DNA of 64,000 nucleotides, from positions 8,254,954 to 8,318,953 of the forward strand of contig CM120644.1 of the NCBI GenBank assembly GCA_051362555.1, given 5' to 3'. Origin of the DNA: Lingula anatina. Taxonomy: Eukaryota; Animalia; Brachiopoda. Below the pieces are notes generated by a model. The model ran no database searches, was not told the origin of the DNA, and was given only the letters and a program-made list of their open reading frames with translations. Positions 52,115-62,235 of this stretch are shown piece by piece; positions within the stretch are counted from its first letter, which is position 1; each line of letters opens with the position of its first letter. The position numbers and the translations under genes are program-made.

Positions 52115-55100
52115 CTGCATGTTTTATCATCCTCATTTCGCTTCCTGGACACACACACACACACACACACACATTTTTCACATTTTTCCTCGCCGATTGT
52201 AAGGGGCAAACTAATTACACTGTACCCGGTAGATATCTGCACACCAGTGAAGGATCTGTGGGATGTAAACAGATGGATTCCCCCTCAACAGTGTTCTAGT
52301 ATAAGTCGACGTACCTATGGTTGGACACTTGAATTTAACCTCGTAGTCTTTGCAGGTCTTCCCGTTGGTATGTGTAGCACAGATCAAGCCATTCTCCCAG
52401 CCACAGTCGAAGTTGGTTTCGTACTTGTCTCCTGTTGCGTTATAATGTTTTAAGCTCTCTGTATCGCGACAGTTGGCGCACATTGGGCGACTGCCATTGC
52501 AGAGGTTGATGCCGTCTTCCTGAGAAAAAGGTACTATATTGTAAGATGATTATTTGAAAATACCGCGCACATCGATGTTGACGTATATGCAGACTAATAA
52601 CTATGTAACACTGCCGTTACCCTATTAGAATAAGGCGTGTACAAGAAATGTCTAGCATAAATGTGCATGTGCATGTATATACATATTTGAGACAGAGAAC
52701 AATAACAAACTTTTAATAAAACTATTATAGTCAACTAAATTACATGACTTTAATGCTCATGTAAGAAACAATGCAAACTGCTAATAGACTCGTTTTAGTA
52801 ACATCCCAGATGAGACAACCTGGCTCTGAAATGTTTCGCCTGTTAAGGAATAGTGCGGCGTTTGAGTGCCATATGGCAGTTCAGCGCATGGGTGCATTCT
52901 GCTCACAAAGACGTTGGCGACACACTCAGATACTTTTTGATATTTTTCTATAGATTTTAAAAGCTACGCGTATGCAGAGTTTGATTATCTTCTGTGAAGA
53001 GACTTTTTTGACAGAACCATGCTCTGACAGTCATATTAGGACCATCCCAAAGATCATTTTCCAACAAAATCACCGTATATTCCGTTATTCAACAGTGCTA
53101 TACAGAGAAGGTATTCGGTTAACTGGTGCCTGATTACATATAATTTTCTCTCCACCTTTATTTCTCAAAGGTATATAGCTCATATTTGTCCACATATTTA
53201 ATGGTCAAGAGTACAGAAGATTCATTACCAATTGTTAAGAGAAAAGTACGAACTACAAGGAAAGAATTGTTTTAATATCTAGACCAATCTAACACAAATG
53301 AAACGTTTGGCATCTTGAACAAAAACCGACAAACACTACGTATATATGTCTTAATATGGCCTCTGCTTATCACTGTACTTATCCAATCACATGGAAATCC
53401 AAAACTTTAAATGAAAATTGGTATTTTGTGAATAAAGATTTACAGAATTTAAGAGACCGGCTATAGCAACGTTAATAGCACGTGGTCATCACGTGGGTAT
53501 CCTTACCCTGAAAGCCGCCACGTTCTCGAAGTCTCCGATACCTGTTGGATTATCCCTGTCTAAAAAGCTTGTCCATGTTCCAGCTGAATAGCAGAATAAA
53601 GAAATTCACAATGAACATATATCATTTCTAGGCAACCACTGTCGTCATTCCAGAAATCAAAAAGAGAAAAAATTAATGGCACTATAAATAATTACGGCTT
53701 CAATTGCAAAAAGTGTGCTATACAGTGTCCAAAGTAGAGCTGGCATTGGAAGAAAACAATGTTTTTCTCTCCCCCCCCCCTCCCATCCTATTATTGAATA
53801 CCAAAATTGTTTGTGAATTTAGATCCAAAAATTTCATTTTTGCATGTATATGCGTATAATGCAAGACCCATATCGGAGAATTCTCTTTCCCCCCAATTAT
53901 TGCTTCGTGTTTACGGTAATTGTACGGATATCTTCAGTTTCTTTGCGCATATATATAAGAAAGAAAGGGGCTTTTTTCACAGAGTTTCTGCAACCTTGCG
54001 TTTCGGCATAATTTTCACATCGGTCAAGGTATTTTAAGATGCATACAAAGTCAATTTTTGTCACAAAAATCAACCAAATGCCAGCATATAGTTTCAAGTA
54101 GTATAACTAAGAGAATTACCAAAAGGCATTGTTTTATTTTACCCGAAAACGATGTTTGAACGGATTTTTCTGCTGACATTCTAAGATGTATGTCAAAGGG
54201 GCAGGAAAGTAGGTCACGAAAGTAGGTTAAATTTACAGCCAAAAATTTAAAGGAACACTGTAAAAACAGTGTTTAGCATTTAAATACATAAAACACACGT
54301 TAGGCACCTATACGCATTTAGAAATCTGTGTAAATGCTAAACGCGTATAGCTTTTCAAACGTTTCACAGAAGAAAAAGCTAGACACGTTGGCATTGTTAC
54401 ACGTTTAGCTATGTGTTTAGCTTCACCGGCATATGATTCTATAACAAGTCTATCACAAGCTAAGCACATTGGCTAAGCACTTCCCCTGCTAAGCGCGTGA
54501 GGCTGCTAAACATATGGAGCTGCTATAGGTGTGGAATTCCTTAACGCGTGGAGCTGCTAAACAACATGTTTAGCTTTTCAAGCTCGTCACAGAAAAAAAT
54601 GCTTCACAATCCCATATACACGATCCCATAACAAGTTTATTACAAGACTCAACAATTTTGCTTAACACTTCCCCTTGTAAACATATGGGGCTGTTGGAGG
54701 CGAGAAGCAGCCTGCTCGAACGCGTTGTGTCCTTCCTTGCAGTAACGTGTGATTGTTTAAAATAGGCATATTAAGTAATAATCCAAATAACAACGTTTTT
54801 ACGACGTTATCAGCTGGTTACATGATGGTGATGGTATAGAATAACGTCATGGTAACGTTATGGGTGTTTTTAACTCCATGCAAAATGATGCACTTGCAGT
54901 TTTATAAGCTTTTTATAACATTCTGGAAAAACATTATTTAATGTTTTGAAAACTTTTTTTATTAATTACCAATACACGTCTTATGCTGTATGAACTACAG
55001 TTAGCGGTTAATTCCAAAATGGGCTTGGGTTAGTCGGCGACTAGAGCGGTGCGATTTGAAAAATATTCGGACTATCGTTACCAAAATAACCAGCATGTGA

Positions 55101-57606
55101 TGAAAGCTTAAATAAACCATTATAATGAATACCCCACCATCATCCTGATGTTCTATTGTTCATTACTTCCGGAAAAAATAAATGAACATCAATACCTTAA
55201 CGCATTTTATCAAAATATGAAAAAAATGTTTTAAAGTAAAAGTGATAGTTGTTTCGTGTCTTTAGTAAACTAGTGAATTTTCCTAACTTGTTTTTCAGAA
55301 ATATATTCCAATTAACTTCCTCGCAAGGTCAGCTAACACAAGGATGAATAAGTCCCGCTGTAAAGATGATGGTGTGAATCAACTATGTTGACAGTTCACG
55401 GAACCCTGTTATAGATAGCGATAGCTATAGCAGTTAAAGGTGACCGTGACTTCGCGCGCGCGCGCGCGTGTGTGTAGTGACTGAAACAGTTGAAAACGTT
55501 ACAACCTTAAAGTTAAACAAATACACCCTACATTTATTAGGCGTGAAGCACGTCAAAGCGTGTAACATGTTAATAGGCTAAACGTGCTTAGATGCTAAAC
55601 GCGTGGAAAAAATGAGACAAAACAGGCGCTTAGAAATGTGTCTCGGAGCTAAACACTGTTTTTACAGTGAAGGAGCAGTCTAAAGGTCTTTTATGGCTGA
55701 TCGAGTGATCTATTCAGTTTATCCCTTAATTGGCATGTCGAATTTATTTGAATCATATAAGACTCTAGTAGAAGTGGTTTACACGTGTTACTGGGAATCC
55801 ACGCTCCACCAATGCTCGGTTCGTGTGTACCTTTAAAAGAGCATATCTACAGCAAACCCTTACAACAGTCACTTACCTGTAGAAGGGCACAAGTACCTTA
55901 TCTCATAGTTGTAGGTCCCATCGGGTTGGTAGGGCATCAGGCTGAACAGACCCTTGGTGGGTAAACATTGAATCATCAATCTGTCTTGAACAGTTCCAGA
56001 CCAGCGCGTGAACGCACTGGTTGACCCCATCACGCGACACTCTGCCCCGATGGGTTTGCATCCGCCACAGACGTAACCTAGTTTCTAAATAATAGTAACA
56101 CTTGGCTTTAGCGCCTTTCTTCTTTTAATGCATTCTACCGCAAAATGTCACAGAGAGCAAAACACAACCCCTCCTTCTGTTATATGTATTCACACATTTT
56201 TTTCTTACATTCCATTAATTTTCTTGGGGGAGGTGAGCTCTCTTCCGAGTGCTCTTCATTCTAGATTATTTTTCATAGCGTTGTATCATCATTCCCTCTA
56301 ATCAAAGATATTAATAAAAAATCACCTTATGTTCTGTTAGAGATTCAATTTCCCGAACATCATAAATTCGGTCTTGATCATACCAATCGGTCCAATAGTG
56401 GCCTGAAAAAAATTGTTAACACAAGTAAGATGAAGGGAACATCACAAGTCAAAGCCATTCTATTTAGAACAAACATATAATCATTGAAAGTCTATTATTT
56501 GTGCATTCGCTGTACCATTCTTGGCAATGGCGGGGGGGGGGGGGGGGCTCTCGAGATTACCACCTGCGTCACTCTGCAACTGATGAACTGACAGATGGCA
56601 CAGCGAAATGTTTTAACTAAAATTGTTACTTAATTTATGACAAAAGAGCGTTAAACCTTAAGTATGAGTCATATGGTCCTAAAAAAGCTACAAATCTTAA
56701 AGTTCATAAGCTTCCTCAGTTCACAAGCTTTTGAAATGAAACATTGCACATTTTAATCATTATTATTGGTCAACTCTGAAAGTTCCAAGTGTTAAAAAGA
56801 AACAGATATGATATTATCATCAATCAAAATCATGTTGACAAATGCCGCTACAAAGGAAATGACTTTCGAGTCTACTTAAATTTTACTTAAACAAATGATC
56901 AATTTGGCCTCCTGTTTGCTGACAGACTGACCGTGGCCGTCTTCTTCCTCGGAATGTGCTCTCTTCAGGATTTATTAAAAACACCTTTTGTTTTCTAAAA
57001 TTTCCCAAAATGTTATTGCAATAGCTTCAAAACCCTTGAAGTCATTGACCTTTTATTTTAGTTCTTAACGTTTACTCGTAATTAGGATTCTAAGTTTCTG
57101 ATATTTATCCACACTCTACTGCGGATACGGACTGGTGAATTTCAATGTTGACAGTAAATATTACAAATTGTCATCATAATTTTCTCATTTTTGACAGTGA
57201 ATATTTCAGTCATACAGCGTAAATTTCTGAAATTTCAAAGAATGTGATTTTGATACATAAAGGTATAATGTTTATATAGCAAAAAAAAAACAAAACAAAA
57301 AAAAACGTAAAGGTAATATTAAGGTAACGCTATAAAACGCTCTGTGTTTGCGGGGCGACGCGACAAATACTACTTTGTCACATGCTGTCAATCAATACAT
57401 GACATGAAATAAAGGTAGGTAGGTAAAAGTATGTTGCAAAAATGTTGAAAGCGAAAAGCCCCACAGTGTGATTTTGTATAATATTTTAGGGGGGCCTACT
57501 ATCAGAGGGTATGTAAAAGTGAGGAATGTAAAATAGAATGGAAAGTCTTACCTTGTATTGACTTCAACGTCAGCAAACAAGAAAACACTAACAGCATGAA
57601 TTTCAT
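50790..57606 (-). CDS. WxxW gene E: divergent, acidic 3-domain WxxW protein, 300 aa
   Basis: Exons 57552-57606 (MKFMLLVFSCLLTLKSIQ), 56326-56402, 55877-56084, 53507-53583, 52315-52519, 51189-51286, 50790-50972. Total 903 nt, open frame, same intron phases as gene A. Confidence 0.9.
54037..55832. mobile_element. Kolobok-like MITE (same family as 17481-17853) split by a nested insertion
   Basis: 54037-54255 and 55670-55832 align with the two halves of 17481-17853; TTAA on both sides. Confidence 0.8.
54256..55669. mobile_element. Non-autonomous CMC/EnSpm-like (CACTG) DNA transposon, 1.4 kb
   Basis: 22 bp perfect TIR CACTGTAAAAACAGTGTTTAGC...GCTAAACACTGTTTTTACAGTG, 2 bp AA TSD, sub-terminal GCTAAAC repeats, no ORF. 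Confidence 0.85.
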
Positions 57607-57701
57607 TTTATATCTGAAAGAAATATAATAATAGTCACACTGGAAGATAATTTATCTGGTAGTCTGGACAACTACATACACCTGGCGACCTCCACCTCTT
57701 C

Positions 57702-58271
57702 CCGCATTTACAACGAGTTGACCCATGGCTCTACAAATCCACGAACTAAATATGGCGGACGTACATGAAAGAAAAAACCGCCCAATCTTTTAATAGTCTC
57801 TCAGCCTCTCACACGCCTCCCCAAGCGTCGTCCCTGCGGGGGTACAGTCATTAAATCTTGGCTCCGTTCGCCATGTGGGACTGGGTATCTCCGTGAATAT
57901 CTCTGGTGACATTATCTCCGTAGGTAGCCGATTCATTGGTGCTCTAAGGGCCAATTCATTCCTTTTTCGTCTCTGTTTTGAAAGATAATAGAAAAGAATG
58001 GCTTTTTTCCTTCGATCGCCTCCAGCCGCCATGCTTTCTTCACCTCGAGTTTAATTGATAAGCATGCGCACTTAATATTTCTCAGGTAGCTTCCGAATGG
58101 CGAATGGAGCCGAGATTTAATGACTGTACCCCCGCCGAGGACGACGCGTGGGGAGGGGTGTGAGAGGCGGAGAGACTATCGAAAGATTATAGGCGGTTTT
58201 TCTTTCATGTACGTCAGCCATATTTAATTCGCGGATTTGTAGAGCCATGGCTCAACTCGCTGTGAATGCGG
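57702..58271. mobile_element. Long-TIR foldback element upstream of the gene E signal-peptide exon
   Basis: About 170 bp imperfect inverted arms (CCATGGCTCTACAAATCC/GGATTTGTAGAGCCATGG; GACGTACATGAAAGAAAAA/TTTTTCTTTCATGTACGTC; GGTACAGTCATTAAATCT/AGATTTAATGACTGTACC). Confidence 0.8.
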
Positions 58272-58403
58272 TCTTATATTTCACTCCTGTTTAATTTCTT
58301 ACGAATAAAACTTTCTGACCTACCTCCCCCGTCCCAACTCTCAATTTGTCTACTAAAGCATTCTTATACGGTACATATATGTATTATCATTTTTGTATGT
58401 TAC

Positions 58404-58421
58404 AATAATAATAATAATAAC

Positions 58422-58464
<43 letters not shown>
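58404..58464. repeat. (AAT)n microsatellite
   Basis: Read directly. Confidence 0.95.
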
Positions 58465-58467
<3 letters not shown>

Positions 58468-60637
58468 TTGCTGTGAACATACACGGTATTTTATAACAAG
58501 ATGCTTCTTTCCTAATCTCACACTCCTCTTTTTCATTTTATCCTTCATACCATACCAGGGCTTCTACATGTAGTTTACCCACCACTGTTCCCGCGGCCTT
58601 ACCCGTCATTAATCTTTAAATATAATTAGGTAGCCACGTGTGTACAGATGGTCGCGAAATTTTGTAACACTGGGGTATGGGCCGTGCCCAGCTGGTTGTG
58701 CCAGAACATTACAATGGAGTAAAGGCGTCAAAGGTAAATAGATTTAAGACCTAAAATCAATATGGCAGCTACAATAACTCAAATGAAGCCACGAGTAGAC
58801 AAATACATAACAGTAAATTGGAAAGCTGCTTTTTACCTCTGTGGTATCCACGCCGGAGTACGTCGTGACAAATGAGTTTGGTCTTGGTGTAACAGCCAAC
58901 TTTGTCTCAGTCCTAAGGTGAACTATCTAAAATCCATTTACACTCCTTACTACAGTGTGATTTGTGTCATATAACCTCGATACCAATTGAAAATAACAAC
59001 TGAAGTCAATTTGAATTAAAAAGACATGTTTTATTCATTAGTGTCTGGACCTATTCATCAAAAAACAATTTATCTTAATTTATAAGATTTTCTCTTGGAC
59101 AAATTTCAACGTAAACATCTATGTAAAAATATGAACAAAAAACACATCATACCCTGAGATTCATATGGTCTAAATATAAAGCAGTCCACTTATCCATGTT
59201 GTGTTTGGTCGTCCCCTTTTTAGACTTTTGCATCCGAGGAAAAAATATCCAATCTGTCAATCAAATGGCCAATCCTCATTATGAAAATGTATCTAAATAT
59301 CTTTGGCAGGTAAGATTGTTCTATTTTCAGCTGCGTACTGCATTGATTAGATATGTTTTTATTTGCAAACAAGCGAAATGAGTAGAAAACATTTAATCTA
59401 CCTTGAACATGAATTACATATCTTATTCTTTTTAATAGCACGAGAGAATTGGTGGGAATACCGGAGATTATTAAGTTGTGGCTGTACATACCCTGTACAT
59501 GAGACAACTAAATAGAGGTGAGAACCAGTGTCTTTGCTTGGAACAGCTTTACGTTTGCTGGTGGAATTCAAAACCAGCTGAATGATACAGGGGTAGGCCT
59601 ATATCTAGAAAACCTAGGTTACCGTTGTCTAGCTGGAAATGAAACTCAGGATCTAACCTCATGAGCACTTTGACATATTTTTACTAGTGAAGGCCGTGCG
59701 GAGAATACTGATTAATATTACAGGTAGTGAATGTGGGCAATCTCTCAACTAACGCCAAACCACAAATGTACCGTCCATAACTTTAACTAACCACATTTTA
59801 CATAATGGTAATTTATTATTATTATCTTTTAAATATATCACCTCGCATGGTGCGTCGTGAGAGACTGGTGCAGATTCATGGTCGTCATCAGCAGACTTTG
59901 AGTGTACATCGTTAGCTTTAGAATACAGGCGTGCTTACGACAGTGAAATACATTTGTAGAAGCGAGAAGGAAATCCTGGATGTAACAAAAAGGGGATACA
60001 TAATCTTAACTATTTCAATAGACATAACGAGTTTGATTATCTCTTATTTTAAAGATATACATGTAGCAATGGTTTCTGTTGCTACAAGAAACCCAGCAAC
60101 GTCAAAAAAAAATCTTGGCTTCATAAAACTGCACTGATTCAAACAACTACTTGAAATTAAAACGAACTGCTACATTGACAACGTAATGCAGCATGCATCA
60201 TGGAAGACTTTTATTTTGAATACTTTTAACTGTTCTCAAATCTTCCCGTAGCTATATCACGGGTTGTGAAACATTCCTGATTTATAATCACATATCGTTT
60301 AAGAAAGATCATTCCCCCACCTTGCCGCTTCGGTGCGACGATATCAATTGCAATTTTAAAGACGATTCGATTGTGTCCACTAGGGCAATTTCCCGTAATT
60401 AAATTTACACATTTTAAAAATTTGTAACACTACCTTATTTCCATTTTCTGTGCACCTTTTCGTTCTCTGCAGCGCAATCGTTCCGCCTGCATTAAATACC
60501 TATCTCATGCTTTTACGGTATACACTCATCTTTCCCTTATCACTGTATGTACAGTTTACGATATAACTCAGAACAATCGTACATATACATAATTTATAAC
60601 GCCTTTTCATTACATGCTGTACATAGAGCGCGATATA

Positions 60638-60732
60638 CATGTTAAACATTATACTGGTACACCGGTAGTTTTACTTGAACCCAGAATACAAGTGAAAACA
60701 CCGGTGTTCGTACCAGTATAATGTTTAACGTG
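60638..60732. repeat. Short inverted repeat (hairpin)
   Basis: GTTAAACATTATACTGGTAC...GTACCAGTATAATGTTTAAC plus inner pairing. Confidence 0.75.
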
Positions 60733-61069
60733 TAAATAGGTAACGTTATAATAACCTTCTGATTGTGCTGGGAACACTGTTATTTTACTTATTATTATTT
60801 GTATGCAAAATAATCTTAAACTGAGTTAAATAAAGATGAAAAAATTAAGATACATGGTTGTGGACGATGACTTGTCCCGTGAAAATCATCGATGGGAACA
60901 TAAATGGCGTCACGTGCAGCCCGAAGCTGTGTGTGTGTGTGTGTGTGTGAATCATTGAAAATTTAAAAACGCATGACTTGCTGATATGGGGGATTGTCGT
61001 ACCATGTAAGAAAGGTTTTAGCCTATTTTAATAAAGAAAGATTTAAAATAATAACACAGGGCCAGCCCC

Positions 61070-61243
61070 TTAGATGTGGTAATTGGCATCTCCACCGTGC
61101 TTGCTGACGATGGGTTGTTCAATCTGCTCTTGAATGGCCCTTTTCAATCTTTGACTGAACTCCTCTTTGTCGAGAACTGTAACCGCTTTCGCATGGAAAG
61201 TATGGCCGCTGGAGTTTTGAAGGTGGGCGAATACGGCAAAGTC
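61070..61243 (-). mobile_element. Penelope-like retroelement fragment (C-terminus of GIY-YIG endonuclease)
   Basis: AVFAHLQNSSGHTF....VTVLDKEE....LKRAI....EQPIVSKHGG resembles the recalled SAV..HL....HSF....V.ILDRE....ER..KEAI.....P.LNR.GG tail of Penelope ORFs. Confidence 0.65.
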
Positions 61244-62072
61244 ATATATATAGATATATATATATATCACTTGATCTAGGGCGGCTGTAATGGTACATTC
61301 TGCATTTATAGACTGTTTTGTTTCCCCACATACTGTATGAGACTTTGCATTGAATGAAAAATAATGCGTTACTGTCGTGAAGTTGTAGATTTAAGAATGA
61401 TTGTGAAACAGATAATGAGAAGATAAGTTGGAGCGATTGACATAATCCGATGATTATAGGCAGAACTACCTTTATTAGTGAATAAACCACGGAAAGTAAT
61501 AACACTCATATGTGTGAGTGTGTATGTGTCCTCTCAATTAAAGGCACATACGGTACATTTAAAGGTGACAACGCACAGTTCTTTTTTTTTCTAACACCTT
61601 AAAAGGCATTTTTTATTAATACACTAGAACCATGACACAATTAAGCGAAATTTTACATGGCCGCACGGGAAATTCCCATGACCTCTTGCATCAATTGCAA
61701 GTTGCACTTTTTCACTGGCTAAATAGTAAAATAATTCTCTGTACCAAAGCATAACCTACAGGTTAACGTCAAAGGTTAAAATGTGGCAGCAAACTGAGTC
61801 AACAGTAACAGACTTGAGTAGAGCACATTCTATAGATATGATAATGTCCGTGATGCAAATCCGTGATCCGTGTTATACAAGCAACTATAAAACTGCTAAC
61901 CTCAGCATCCACATATCCTGGGGAGCAAAGAGGTGCACACTGTCCACAATACATCAATCAATATCGGCAATACATGTGTCTTACGTGTATGCTGCTGGTT
62001 TTATGTGCCTGTACCTTCAGGTTTGCACGGCGAATCCAACACATTGATAAAATGAAAATCTTCATTCTCCCT

Positions 62073-62104
<32 letters not shown>

Positions 62105-62235
62105 CTTTCCACTTTGTACTTTGGAACTTTTTTGTTTTTCGTATATTTTTTTTTTGCTTTATTAAATTCGTTAAACAATTAAATAGACTGGGGAGAGTTG
62201 AAGTTAAAGTTTGCTGTCAAAGTTCAAAGCGAGAT

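Noticed and set aside
15921-57606. One giant mucin or CILP gene containing all WxxW exons
   Set aside because: Each unit has its own signal-peptide exon and stop codon, and most have their own promoter. No PTS, VWD, TSP1 or Ig exons were found.
57790-58032. 80 aa ORF with a good ATG context
   Set aside because: It lies inside a foldback element and runs into its inverted arm; no recognisable domain.
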